Notes under the pieces: generated by a model
Seen by the model: only the letters and a program-made list of their open reading frames with translations
What the model was told of the DNA's origin: nothing
Database searches by the model: none
Position numbers and translations under genes: made by a program
Shown: positions 31,672 to 43,315 of the stretch, piece by piece
Position numbering within the stretch: position 1 is the first letter of the stretch
Layout of the letters: every line of letters begins with the position of its first letter
NCBI GenBank assembly: GCA_030447245.1
Contig: JAUJPG010000022.1
Coordinates: forward strand, 21,885-85,884
Source of the DNA: Chloroflexota bacterium
GTDB lineage: Bacteria > Chloroflexota > UBA6077 > JACCZL01
Length of the DNA: 64,000 nt
Direction of reading: 5' to 3'

Positions 31672-31939
31672 TAGCACAACCCCACGGTGAAGACGCAGGC
31701 TGCCATCCCGAGCAGCTTGCCTGTCATCCCGAGCAGCTCCCCTGCCATCCCGAGCAGCTTCCGTGTCATCCCGAGCAGCTTCCCTGTCCTCCCGAGCGCA
31801 GCGAGGGATCTCATGCTGACGGGAGCGTGAACATGAGATCCCTCGCTGCGCTCGGGAGGACAGACTGTGCCGCGCTCGGGATGACGGACTGGGGCCGCTC
31901 GGAATGACAACCCCTCGTCTTCACCGTTGGGTCGTACTA
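31672..31939. mobile_element. MITE-like palindromic cassette carrying REP-type repeats
   Basis: 24-bp TIRs (21/24 match) starting with TA; four 21-bp tandem units TGYCATCCCGAGCAGCT; 31-bp perfect stem 31785-31815 / 31832-31862. Confidence 0.7.
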
Positions 31940-33130
31940 GTAGACTGTCACACACGATCTGACGGCTATGATGCTACGTGATTGGGGAGGGCATCGGTCA
32001 TGACCAAGAAGCATCGAGTCGTGCTCGGTTGCAGAACGGGAGCAGTTGGGTTGGGTCGGGTTCATCGCGGCTGTGGTTCGGCGTGGCGCGCAGGCATGCG
32101 CGGATTCTGCTCAAGGCGGACGAGGGGGCGGACGGTCCGGGGTGGAAGGACGAGCGGATTGGTGACGGCGCTCGACGTCAGCGTTCCGACCGTGGAACTG
32201 GGTGCGCAAGCGGTATGCGACCGAGGGGCTTGCGGAGGCGGTGCAGCGTCGAGCGTTGCAGGGCAACAAGCCGCGGAAGCTCGATGGTGCCCAGGAAGCG
32301 CAGCTCATCGCCTCGCCTGCCTCGGCACCGCCCATGTGGTCGGCGGGGTGGAGCCTGCGGTTGCTGGCCGGGCGGATGGTGGCGCTGTACGAAGCTCGAC
32401 GGGGTTTCGTACGAGACGATCCGCCGGACACGCTCAAAAAACGAGCTGAAGCCGTGGTTGAAGGCCCAATGGTGCATCCCGCCCAAACAGAGCGGCGAGT
32501 TCCGGTCTGGCGGATGGGAGTGCTGGATGATGGTACTGCCGTCCATACGATCCTCGCGTTCCCCAAGTCTGCATGGACGGAGACGAACAAGCGCTCCTGG
32601 GGCTGGCCGCCCGAGCCGTCGCTGCCGCCATCCCCGCCCACATCGACAACGAGTACCGACGACTCGGCACGGCCAACCTCTTCCTGTTCTGCGAGCCGCT
32701 GCGTGGCTGACTAGGTGAAGGGGGTCACCGAACGGCGAACCAGTCGACTGGGCGGTAGCGATCCGGGACTGGTCGACGTCCAGTATCCGAGGCCGAACGG
32801 ATCGTGCTGGTCATGGACAACCTCAATACCCACACTCCCGCGTCGCTTTACGAGGCCTCGAACAGGCTGAAGCCAAGCGCCTAGCGGACAAGCCTGACAT
32901 CCATCCCACCCCCAAGCATGGCAGCTGGCTCCAGCATCGCCGAAATCGAGTTGAGCGTCCTGGCGCGTCAGTGCCTGGACGCCGGATCGACAGCCTCGCG
33001 ACGCTCACCCATCGAGCCCGGCAGGTCGCTGGTCCAGAACGCCAGGCCAGCGTCGACTGGCGCTTCTCCACCGCCGACGCTCGCGTCAAGCTCAAGCGCC
33101 TTACCCATGCGAACTGTTGCGACAGTCTAC
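31940..33130 (+). mobile_element. IS630-family insertion sequence, frameshifted transposase (ATG near 32000)
   Basis: TIRs GTAGACTGTCRCA flanked by TA in CTAG context; ARILLKAD, KNELKPW, LVMDNLNTH, TPKHGSWL, AEIELSVL, DARVKLKRL. Confidence 0.9.
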
Positions 33131-35551
33131 TAGTTCGCCGAGTAGCGTTCCGGGAACCACATCGCGAGCACGTCGGCGGCGGTCGCGATGTGCGAGCCGT
33201 CACCAGCAGCCGACAGATCGGGCTCCTCGATCGCGATGTCATCGACGGCGCTCGGCCGTCCCTTGATGCCGTCGAGCTTGCAGCGGATGAGCACCGCGCC
33301 GCTGAGATCGCGGCCGTCCCAGTTCGCATTGCGCAGATCGCAGTCCTCGAACCGTGCCGCGCGCGTGGTCGACTCGGGCAAGCGCGCGATCGGCGCGAAG
33401 CTCGCGCCCTGAAAGTCGCAGCGCATGAACGTCGCGCCGTCGAGCTCCGCGTTCGCGAATGACGAGCCACTGAGGTCGGCGCCGACGACCCGAGCACCTC
33501 GCCACTGACTGCGATCGAGGTCAGCGCCTCCGAACACGGTGCCTTCGATCGTCGTGTCATCGAACCTGGCGAGCACGAGGAGAGCGCTCGTGAACGAGCC
33601 CTCCTCGATCTTCGCGCCACGGAACGACACCGATTCGAGCATGGCGCCGGTCAGCCACGCATCGCAGCTCGGCGTCGTCGAGGCTCGCGAAGCTGAGGTC
33701 GGCCTCGGTGAGATCCACGTCGTCGAGCCTGGCACCTGCGAGCTCGACCCGGTCAACCGCACGCCGCCGCCTGCGTACCGACCAGGCGAGCCGGCCCTCG
33801 CCGCGCTGTCCCGCTTTGATCCAGCCTTCGTGCGCGCGCAGCGCATCGCGATCGAGCTCGACCTCGCGCGTGTGCGCCGTCTTGCCGCGACCGCCGCCAC
33901 TCTCGAGCTTCTCGATCCTCGGCAGGTCCGCCACGTGGCGGGCGCGAATCGCGAGGCACTGCTCGCGCTCCGTCTCCAGCCATGCGCGCTGGTAGCGCTC
34001 GGGGCGCGCCTTCCGATCGGCGCGCTCGGCGTCGCTGAGCCGGTCGAGCGGAATCTCGCTCGCGCCATCCGGCACGAACTTGCACAGCTCGTTGAGGCAC
34101 ACGAGCAGGCGCGTGTTCGCGTCGCGGCTCGCCTTCCACTCGTCGACGCCGAGCTGCGCTGGGTCCGGCCGCACGAGCGGGATCAGGCGTTCGATCTCGG
34201 CGATCCACTGCGCGGGCGCGATGATCTCGGACGGCCACGGTCCACCGAGCTCGTCGCGCGGCGTCGGCGCCGTCAATGGGTCGCCCTGGGTCAGGAACGT
34301 GAACCCTCGCGGCGTCGCGCAGCTCGGGCAATCGCCGGACAACGCCCAGCCTTCGTCATTGCCGGCGAGGTGCAGCTGCTGCGCGCCGATCCGCGTCCCG
34401 CACGTCGGGCACGGGGCGAGCGACGCCGCGACATGCATCTCGTGGATCGATCTGGCGCGCGCCACGAGTTGGTTCCGTCGCGCTGTGTTGGCCCCGTCTG
34501 CGAGAACCTGACGCACGCGTTTACGGACGGGGCGGATCGGCACGCCCCTGGGGAATTGCGCGAAGCTGTTGATCAGATCCTCGGCACGCCCGGGCGCCGC
34601 ACGTGCCACATCCTCGGCGACCGACGAAAGCCAGGCGCTGTCACCTCGAGCGAGCGCGTCGTAGAGCGGTCGGCTGCCCTTGCCCGCAAGGGCTTCTGCT
34701 CGCGCGACGTCACGCGCGCGGCTCGGCGCTGCGACGAGGCTCGGCGCTGCGACGAGAGGGCCCAGCACGCGCCAGATCGACTCTTCCAGCGTGCGATCGA
34801 GGTTCGGGACCGGAGTCAGCTCGTCGGGGACGCCGGCAAACAGGCGCCGATCACCGTCGAGAACCGCGAGCAGCCGTGCCCGAGCTGTCTCGTTCGGTAC
34901 GTGATAGAAGAACTGAAGCGCGAGCCCCCGCGCGCGAGGCTCGGGATCCTCGAGAGCCGACAGCGCCGCGTCTACAACCACACGGGCATCTGGCGGCATC
35001 AGCCGCGCATGCAGGCGAGCCAGCCATGCGCCGCGGACCGCGTCGGCCGCGCGCGTCCGCGGCGGGGAAAAGCCATGCAGCCCGCGCTGGGCGAGCTCAC
35101 CGAGCTCGGCCCGCGACGTCACCACGACCCCATCGACGTCGTGCGGGAACGCGATCCGCGGGTGACCGTCGCATCGCCAGGGCACGCTCGGATCCAGGTT
35201 CAGATCCGGATCTGGCTCACTGCACGCGTGCTCCCGGATCTCGAGCCAGCGGCTGCACGGACACAGATAGAGGCGGTAGTCGGGCTGCGTCTGGTGGAGC
35301 AGCGGAGAGGTCGCAAGATCGGCGGTTCCGTAGAGCGCCGCGAGCGCAACGCCGGCGACATCGTCTGGCGTGCGAAACGCCAGCCCCGGTGCATCACGCA
35401 CCATGACACCGCAGCGCGTGCACCGCACCCGACTGCACCCGACGGTCGGCAAGTCCTCGAGGTGAAAGTCCGTAGGATCCGTCGGGATCGAACGCGTCGC
35501 ATCGACGAGGTAGCCGTCATGCGCGCAGCGATTCATTCGGACGGTGACCAT
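33130..35551 (-). CDS. Multidomain protein: Cys-rich N-domain, helical region, CPxC Zn-ribbon module, C-terminal pentapeptide repeats (frameshifted near 33650-33780)
   Basis: CTRCG, YLCPC, WRCDGHP; CPTCG..CPSC..ELGGP.PSEII..LNELCKF; A(D/N)LxxA pentapeptide tail. Confidence 0.7.
34721..34756. repeat. In-frame 18-bp tandem duplication (LVAAPS twice)
   Basis: GCTCGGCGCTGCGACGAG at 34721-34738 and 34739-34756. Confidence 0.8.
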
Positions 35552-35696
35552 CTGGCTTCTTCCCGTTCAGCTCATCGAGCGTTGTTCCCACCGAGGCGGC
35601 GGGCTCGACCACCCGGCGCTTGGCCATGCCCGGCGCCCTCCCAACAGCGCGACGACGGGCCAGGTCATCCGGCGCCCGGCGCGGCAGCCACGCCGG

Positions 35697-35978
35697 CTAC
35701 GTGACGAGCTTGGAGGGGCCGATGCGCCTCTGGTACTCGGACTTCTCTCGCTCGTCTTCGTACTCCCGCTGCAGGTACGGGTCGACTCGCGTCCAGCAGG
35801 TCGGCCAGTCGTGGAACTCTTCCACCACCTCGCCGTCGACAAGGAGGGAGTACCGATACGCCGACTCGGGGACCTCGTTCGCTCGTACCTGCCGCCGCTC
35901 CCCGTCCACCTCGGCCTCCCAGGGCGTGCGCGCACTGCCACCCAGCTCGAAAGCCACCGGCTGCGCCAGGCGACTCAT
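35697..35978 (-). CDS. Small hypothetical protein (VDG..VR.N..P..YSLLVDG..F.DWP..W.R family)
   Basis: 93 aa; ATGA overlap with upstream gene. Confidence 0.65.
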   Translation of the reverse strand: MSRLAQPVAFELGGSARTPWEAEVDGERRQVRANEVPESAYRYSLLVDGEVVEEFHDWPTCWTRVDPYLQREYEDEREKSEYQRRIGPSKLVT

Positions 35979-36607
35979 CGCGCCGTCGCTCCCTGGCGGA
36001 CGGCGTCCGCCCACCCGGCCACTCCGTCCGTCAGCGGCCGGTCTTCCCTGGGCCGTGGGCCGGCCGGCCGTGCCGGGGCCGAGCCCGCGACAGCATCGCT
36101 CGCCCCGTCGCGGCCGGCGATGACCGCCGCCGGGTCGAACGGCAGGGCGCCCGGCGGACAGGCGGTCAGGCCGCTCAGCGCGGCGCCCTGTCCCTTCACC
36201 TCAGGGGCATCCCCTCCAAACTGCTCCTCCCAGAGAAACTGGACGAGGAGCCCGTCGATCACCGCGTAGATTGGCGTCAGGTACAGCGTGTCTTCGAGGC
36301 TGAAGGCCCGCGGTGCGGGATAGGTCCGGGCCACCGCGCCCGCGGGCGTGACCAGGTAGTACGGCACGGCGGCGTGGATCACTTCGCCGGTAGGCAGACG
36401 GATGCCCGCGGGTAGGCGGTGCGGTAAGGGCTCGGCCGCCCCTTGGAGCAGGTAGTGCCCGTCCGGGAGTGACCAGGCGGCGGGCATCCCCGCGTCGCCC
36501 GGGCCCTGGGCGGCCAGGCGACGCGCGTAGTGGAGCACCTCGGCCACCGCGGCATCGGGCAGGTGGTCAACGAGGGTGTGCAGCTCCCCGCGGGCTTCGA
36601 CGCTCAT
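35975..36607 (-). CDS. Hypothetical protein with N-terminal antitoxin-like helix pair
   Basis: ELHTLVDHLPDAAVAEVLHYARRL; GGAG RBS; coupled to downstream gene. Confidence 0.55.
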   Translation of the reverse strand: MSVEARGELHTLVDHLPDAAVAEVLHYARRLAAQGPGDAGMPAAWSLPDGHYLLQGAAEPLPHRLPAGIRLPTGEVIHAAVPYYLVTPAGAVARTYPAPRAFSLEDTLYLTPIYAVIDGLLVQFLWEEQFGGDAPEVKGQGAALSGLTACPPGALPFDPAAVIAGRDGASDAVAGSAPARPAGPRPREDRPLTDGVAGWADAVRQGATAR

Positions 36608-36799
36608 GCTCGTGACTCCCGGCCCGTGTCGGCCATCCTGCCGCGACGATGGGGCATCCTCAGCCATCCTACCGCCGTACGCCCCTGGCGTATCCGGTAC
36701 CGCCAAGCTCGTAACTCTGTTGGATCTGGCAACCGGATGGTACGGGGGACGCCGCGCCGGGAGCCCGGCGCGGCGTCCGAATCATGACCAGATCTCGGC

Positions 36800-38257
36800 T
36801 TAGCCCGCGCGGCAGTCCACCTCCACGCGCATGGCGTTGTTCTGCTCGCTGCCCTCGACGATCTGGTTGTCCGGATCGGCGATCACCTGCACGCGCTGCC
36901 GGCCCGCTTTGAGGGGGTCACCCCGCGAGACTAGCTCCCGCCGTTCGGTGTGGGCCGCCAGGCCGGCGATGGTCCGGCGTGTTGGCGGCTCGTCCTCGAG
37001 CTTCACCTGGACGGTCAGCTCGCCGGCTCCCACGCTGCCGTCGTTCCGGATCGTTGCCCAGATCTCGTTGCCTTCGCCGACGAAGCAGCGCTCGCCGTTG
37101 AAGGCGCGGACGTCAACCCCGATCACCTGCAGGTCGACGCCCTTCGGACTCTCGAGGACCTCGGCCCGCGGGCCCGCGGGACGGCCGTCCGGGGCGGTAG
37201 CGAGGATCGTTCCCCCCGGGCCGGGGGGCGGGGCCGGGTCCGCCTCCCGCGCGGCCTCGTCCGGGAGGTCACCGGGCCGGCTTTGCCCCAGCAACGTGCG
37301 GTCCAGCACCTGCTCGAGCCGGTTGTTCGCCTCGTCCGCCTCCGGAACGGCGCGCTCCTCGTCGACGACCAGCGCCAGCCGGTGGAGCCCCCAGGTGGGC
37401 AGCGTCACGGCCTGGCAGACCCCGTTGGTCTCGCCGGGCGCCAGGGTGGTCGGGCCCATGCTCCCGCCCGGCGCGGGGGCGCCGTCCAACAGCAGGCTCA
37501 TCCGGAATGGCTCGGAGGCCCGCGGCCCGTCGTTCCGGGCGACCAGGCACACCTCACCCGTGTCGTCGTACACCCGGATGGCCGTCGGGCGCAGGTCCGG
37601 CAGCGCGACGCGGCGGATCTCGTATTCGACGCTGAAGTCCGCGGGCACCACCTCACAGGTATTGTTTTCGTAGTCGCCAACACTGCTGCAGTAGCGCGCG
37701 ATGCCTCGTTTGGCGTAGGTGCCCGGGGGACCCCAGCCGTTTTGCTCGTTCATGGCCACAGCGAAAGAGCCGAGAGACGTCTGCGGGACCCCTCGGATGT
37801 CGTCCAGGAGCTCTTTGGACCAGTCGTCCACCTCCTCGCCGACGAACTCGAACCGATAGCTCCCGCCGGCATAGACGGGGAAGCCGATCCCCGGGCCGAT
37901 CGACGGGTCGGCAACCTGATCGCCGGCCCCCGGGACGGCCCGATAGAGTGGCACCGTGTGGCCGTCATTCGCGCTGAAGCTCATGATGGTTCCGGCAAGC
38001 TGGGTGCCACGCTCGAAGATGTTGACGCCGATGCGGATCTCGCCTGCGCCCCGAGGCCCCCAGTCGTTGTCATCGTGGATGGTGATCGTCTTGACCACGA
38101 TCTCCAGCCGCGCCGCGGGTTCGTGGTCGGGCTGGTGGTCCGCGCGCACGGGACCCGGCGCCCCGAGCGCTGGGAGCACCAGCGCGGTCGCGAAAGCGAG
38201 CGCGGGCACGGCGCGGTGGGCAGTGTCGATGGCTTTCATGAAACGGTGGCTGAACAT
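36800..38257 (-). CDS. Secreted CARDB-domain protein (two CARDB domains)
   Basis: Signal peptide; LPDL, RNDG, VDEERAVPEADEANN, ADPDNQIVEGSEQNN. Confidence 0.85.
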   Translation of the reverse strand: MFSHRFMKAIDTAHRAVPALAFATALVLPALGAPGPVRADHQPDHEPAARLEIVVKTITIHDDNDWGPRGAGEIRIGVNIFERGTQLAGTIMSFSANDGHTVPLYRAVPGAGDQVADPSIGPGIGFPVYAGGSYRFEFVGEEVDDWSKELLDDIRGVPQTSLGSFAVAMNEQNGWGPPGTYAKRGIARYCSSVGDYENNTCEVVPADFSVEYEIRRVALPDLRPTAIRVYDDTGEVCLVARNDGPRASEPFRMSLLLDGAPAPGGSMGPTTLAPGETNGVCQAVTLPTWGLHRLALVVDEERAVPEADEANNRLEQVLDRTLLGQSRPGDLPDEAAREADPAPPPGPGGTILATAPDGRPAGPRAEVLESPKGVDLQVIGVDVRAFNGERCFVGEGNEIWATIRNDGSVGAGELTVQVKLEDEPPTRRTIAGLAAHTERRELVSRGDPLKAGRQRVQVIADPDNQIVEGSEQNNAMRVEVDCRAG

Positions 38258-38294
38258 GGCGTTCCTCTCTCGGGCGGGTGCCGCTAGCGCCCGG

Positions 38295-39788
38295 CTAGCG
38301 GCTGATGCAGTCCAGCTCGACGGTCCTGGCGTTGTTCGTTTCGCTGGCTTCGATCACCGTGTTGTCGGGATCAACGATCACTTGCAGGCTGCCCTCGCCC
38401 TGCGAGATCCCCACCTCCTGGATCTCCACCTGCATCTCGGAACTCGACGCCAGGCCCCCGACGGTCGTCCGGCCGCGCTGCTGGTTGCCCACCTTCGCCT
38501 CGACGGCGAACGCGCCCGTTGACGCGTCGCCGGTGTTCTGAATCGTCACCGCGACCAGGTTCCTCCCGCGTGCCTCGCATCTCCCGCCGTCGTTACTGGA
38601 CGTGACCTCGACTGGACCCACCTGCAGGTCGGGATCCGGCAGCTTGATCAGGCCCGGCTGCGGGACCGACGGTGACACGGGGCCGGGCGGCCGCACGCTA
38701 GGGAGTCCGAGCGTCGGTCCGGTGGGGCCTGGGTCGGCGAGCGTGTTGCCGTCCAGTCCGCCGACCGGGCCGGCGTCCGACCCGACCCGCGCGGCAACGT
38801 AGGGCTGGCCGAAACGGTTGTTGGTCTCGTTGTTCTCCGGCACGATGCGCCGCTCGTCCACGGTCACCGACAACTGGTGCTGACCGGATGTGGGCAGGTC
38901 CGTGCCGGTGCAGAGCACGCCGAAGTCCCCTGAAGGGAGGCCACCCGCCGAGACGGTCCCGTTGCGCAGGACGTCGGGGCCGGCACGTAGCGTCATCTCG
39001 AACGGGCCGGGGTTCTTCACCCCGCGGTTGAGCACGCTCATGCACACGACGTCCTCGGTGCTGCCCGGCAGCTCGACGATCTCGATCTTCGTCGGCTCGA
39101 GGTCCGGCAGCAGGGCATGACGGACCTCGTACTCGGCGGTGAAGTGCGCGCGATGGCAACCGGTAGGACCCGACCTAACGCAGAAGCCTAATACACCGTC
39201 ACCCCCACCCCTCCAGCCACGTTCGGTCCAGGTACCGATGCCCCAGCCCATATCCTGGTCGACGAGCCCGATGAGGTCCCCCATCTCGTCGTCGGCACTC
39301 ACTTCGTCCCGTTCGACCCCCACGATTTTCCACCCGTAGGTTTGGCCCGCGTATACCGGGAAGCCCATTCACGGGCGGATACAGAGGAACGGCATACAGT
39401 CGCCGGCCGCGAAAGCTCCGATTCAGAGGCACCACCTTGTCATCACTCGCGCGGAAGGTGATATCCGCGCTCTGGGCACGCAGCGTCTGCCCCCGACTCT
39501 CAAACGGCGAACCCGCATAATCACAGAAGTCCGTGGTGTCGGGGGCGCAGCTCCAGAAGCTGACGGTGAAGGTGAAATCGCCTTGGCCCCAATCCTGATC
39601 GTCGTGGATGATGATCTTGTTGATCACAAACTCGAGCCGCGCGACAGGATCGTGACCCGGCCTCGTGCTCCGCGCGCGCGGGACCCCGGCGCCCCGAGCG
39701 CCGTGAGCACCAGCGCGATCACGAGACCAAGCGCGGGCATGGCGCGGCGGAGGGCGTCAATGGTGGTGGTGACATGGGGGTTGACCAT
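38295..39788 (-). CDS. Secreted CARDB-domain protein, paralog of 36800-38257 (frameshifted)
   Basis: IIIHDDQDWG, GFPVYAG, LPDL, VDERRIVPENNETNN, VDPDNTVIEASETNN. Confidence 0.82.
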
Positions 39789-40131
39789 GGCTCGATCTCC
39801 CTGCAACCGATCCTCTGGGCCCAGTGTATGGCCTGCGCGGCGCCGCCGAGGTGCGCGCCGACACCGCGCGCTGTCAGTTGGCCGACACTTCGGCCGACCG
39901 GGCGGCGATGGCTGACCTCTGGCGGTCTGGAGTTGGTTCTCCAATGCCGCCGTCTGCGCGGCGCCGGGCCAGCGACCCCGGAAGGCGCCGGGCGCAGAGC
40001 CGACGCCGCTACGCGGGAGCGGGACCACGCTGCGCGTCCGACCACGATGAGCCTCCTCCGAGCGAGCGACCGCGGCCTGGCCGGCGCCGCATCCACTGGG
40101 CCCATCGTATGCCCCGGCGGTCATCTGCACA

Positions 40132-40147
40132 GGTACAGATCTGTACC
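40132..40147. promoter_or_regulatory. Perfect 16-bp palindrome, candidate operator
   Basis: GGTACAGATCTGTACC between LuxR regulator and CARDB genes. Confidence 0.45.
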
Positions 40148-40243
40148 AATGGGGTGCACCATTCCCGGCCGGGCTGGGCTGGCGGCCGGCGTGGCCGACA
40201 TCTTGACGGCACCCACGGCCTCCCGGCCGCGGGTCGCGAGCCG

Positions 40244-42830
40244 TTACCGGGCAGGGGCGGGGTGAGGCCGTGCTCGACGGCCCAGGCGGCGATCTGGGCG
40301 CGGGTGTTGAAGCCGAGCTTGGTCAGGACGCGGTGGACGTAGTTGGCCGCGGTCCCCTCGGTGACGACCAGCGCCTCGGCGAGCTGGCGGTTGTTCAGCC
40401 CGCCCGCGATCAACTCGGCCACCTGCCGCTCTCGGGTCGTGAGCAGCAGGGTTGGCGATGCGTTGGATTGATCGGGCTCGGGCGGGGGCAGCTCGTCGGA
40501 GGCGTCAGGGCGTACGCCATCGCCTCGGCGGCGGTCATGGCCGCCCCCTCGGCCCAGGCCCGGGCGCCAGCGTCGCGCCCCAGATTCGCCCTGGCTGTCG
40601 CCAGCCCGGGATCGAGCCGGGCCTGCCAGGCCTGATCCGGCGCCGCGCCGATAGCCTCCCGCAGCGCGGTCGCGGCGGCGGCCAGGCGCAGGGCCCGCTC
40701 GGGCTGCGCACGGGCGGCAGCCAGGACGGCGACGCCGGCCAGGCTGAAGGCGATCCGTCGACGGTCGCCCACCTCGGCAGCGGTCAGGAGGCACTCATGG
40801 TGGAGCGCCTCGGCGGCGGCGTGGTCCTGCTGCAGCAGGACCACGTCCCCCAGATTGCCGAGTGCCATCGCGAGGCTCTGGCGGTCTCCGAGCTCGCGGA
40901 AGATCCCGAGACTCTCTTCGTACCATCGGCGGGCCGCGGCAGGTCACCCTGGAGGAGGACGGCAGCCAGTCCCAGGTTGTGCAGCGCCAGGGCCACGCCT
41001 CGCATGTTGCCGCGCTCGCGCTGGAGGGCAAGGCTCTCCTCGTACCGCGAGCGCGCGGTTGCGTAGTCATTCTGGAGGTGCGCAACGAACCCCAGGCTCT
41101 GGAGCACGTCGGCCATGCCGGGCCGGTCGTCGAGGCCCTGAACGCGTCGGCTCTGCTGGCCGAGCGAGCGAGCCGCCGCGTAGTCGCCCTCGAGATAGGC
41201 CAGCCACGCGAGGTGGTGCAGAGCGCGTGCGACGCCCGGTTGAATCGTTCAGCTCGCGGGCGGCCGCCAGGGCCTCCTCGAGGAGGGCTCGCGCGGTGCG
41301 GTAGTCGCGGCTTGACGGACCAGGATGCGGTTCCGGCGAGAGCCCTGGCCCTGGACCAGCGTGGGCGGTCCGCTCCGTCCATGCGCAAGCAGGTCGACGA
41401 GCCCTCTCGAGCCTCCCGCGCCTGGCCGCGCACCAACCAGAACTGCCAGAGCGCCCCGCCCAGCCTCAGCCCCCGCTCGGGCTCGCCGCGCTCGGCGGAC
41501 CACTCGAGGACCGCGTGGAGATTAGCTCGCTCGGGCTCCAGCCCGGTCCAGCCACGCCGCCTGCTCGGGTCCCGGACAGCGCTGGCTCGGCCCGCTCGGC
41601 CAGGGCGACGAAATACTCGGCGTGGTGGTGCCGGACCTCCTCCAGCTCGCCGCGGGTCGAAGCTGCTCCAGCCCGAACTCACGGAGCGTCTCCAACAGGC
41701 GCAGCCGAGGCTCGCCGTCCGCCCGCTCCTCGCAACGCAGCAAGCTCTTCTCGACCAGCGAGTTGACCGTCTCCCAGGCGGCCTCACCCACCGCCTCGGC
41801 CGCCTCGAGCGTGCAGCCGCCGACGAACACCGCCAGCCGGGAACAGGGCCTGCTCCTCGGGGTCGAGCAGGTCGTAGCTCCAGGCGATCGCCGCGAGCAG
41901 CGTCTGCTGCCGCGGCGGCAGCGCCCCCGCGGCTAGCAGCCGCAACGGCGAGATCACCCGCCCGTCGCGCGCGCGGCGTGCCCCATCGTCGGTCCCGACC
42001 AGCCGCCGCAGCAGCGCCGCGGCGGAACAGCTTGACCCGCGCGCGGCGTAGCTCGATCGCCAGCGGCAAGCCGTCCAGGCGGATGCAGATCTCGGCCACC
42101 GCCGCGGCCTCCGCGTCGCCGAGGGCGGCCTCGGGCGCGACCGCCAGGGCCCGCTCGCGGAACAGCTGGACCGCCCGGCGCCGCGCCGAGCGCCTCGGGG
42201 TCCGTCGGCCATCGAGGTCGGGCGGCGCCAGCACGGGCAGCTCCAACGGCAGGACCGCGAGCTCCCGTTCCCAGCGCAGGTGCAGCGGGGCGCGACTGGT
42301 CACCACGACCTTCAGCTTCGGACAGGCCGCCAGCAGCCGGCCGACGACCTCGGCAGCGTCGAGCACCTGCTCGAAGTTGTCGAGCAGCAGCAGCAGCGGC
42401 CCGGTCGCGCAGGAAGTCTGTCCAGCACCTCGGCGGCGCCGCCGGGACGTCCTGCAGGCCGAGCGCGCGCGCGATCGCGGTCGCGACCAGGCGCGCGTCG
42501 CCGATCGGCGCCAGGTCGACAAACCAGGCCCCAGCCTCGAACTCCTCGCACATCGGCCGCCAGCTCGACCGCCAGCGCGTCTTGCCGACCCCGGGCGGCC
42601 CGGTCAGGGTGAGCAGCCGCACGTCGGCGCGCAACAGCCGCTGGCGGGCCACGCCCAGCTCCCGCTCGCGCCCGATCAGCGACCTGGGCTGGGGCGGCAG
42701 GTTGTGGCGCCGCGGCGGACCGGCCGGCGGGCCGGCGTTGCCGAGTGGCCGCGCCCTGTCTTGCGCCCGCGGGCGACCGGACGAGAGGACCGGGGTCGCG
42801 GCCGCGCGGGCCGGCCTGCCGCGGGCTTGA
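40244..42830 (-). CDS. STAND ATPase-TPR-LuxR HTH transcriptional regulator (many frameshifts; ends approximate)
   Basis: HNLP..SLIGRE, LTLTGPPGVGKTR, LLLLDNFEQV, LDGLPLAIEL, AWSYDLL, TPRs, LTTRERQVAELIAGGLNNRQLAEAL. Confidence 0.85.
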
Positions 42831-43315
42831 TGAGGCCGGCGCGTGGATCGGGGCGCGCTCTCCTCGGACACGGTCGGCTCGCTCCCCCAGGCGCACGCGC
42901 GAGACGGACGACGACGGCCCGCCAGCCCGCGCCTGGGTTGCCGGTGCCCGGCCGGCCGCAACGCCTCCCGAATCGTACACCAATCGGCCCCTGCCGCCGG
43001 CCGCGCGACGAGGGCGAGCCTGTCCGCTCGCGATTGCTGCTCGCGCCGACCTCGGCGCGGCTCGACCAGGATGGCGGAGCTCGAGGGGGCCACCCACGTA
43101 TGAGCAGGCACGTTCGTGCACGCGTGATTACGTCTCGCCTCCTGGTCGCCAGCTCCGGAACAGGTCCGGCGATGCGCGAGTTGCGCAGCACCTTCGGACA
43201 CCCTGCTGTGCCGGGCCGGCCGCCCCTGCTACAGGCCCGGCATCCAGGGCCTGCCGCGCAGGCGGAGGATCAGGATCGACGGGGGCGGGGCTATAATGGC
43301 GGTGCGAGGTCCGAG

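Noticed and set aside
31493..31690. 65-aa ORF in AT-richer patch before the MITE
   Set aside because: No RBS or recognisable motif, and it runs into the MITE end
31701..31784. 21-bp tandem repeats as a CRISPR array
   Set aside because: Units abut with only about 4 variable nt, there are no unique spacers and no cas genes
33539..35704. 721-aa plus-strand ORF and other long antisense ORFs
   Set aside because: No motifs; typical shadow ORFs of high-GC coding strands
40862..43315. 1004-aa plus-strand ORF as a large Uma2 fusion
   Set aside because: The upstream part is the antisense shadow of the LuxR-ATPase; the real Uma2 starts at 43316 after its own TATAAT
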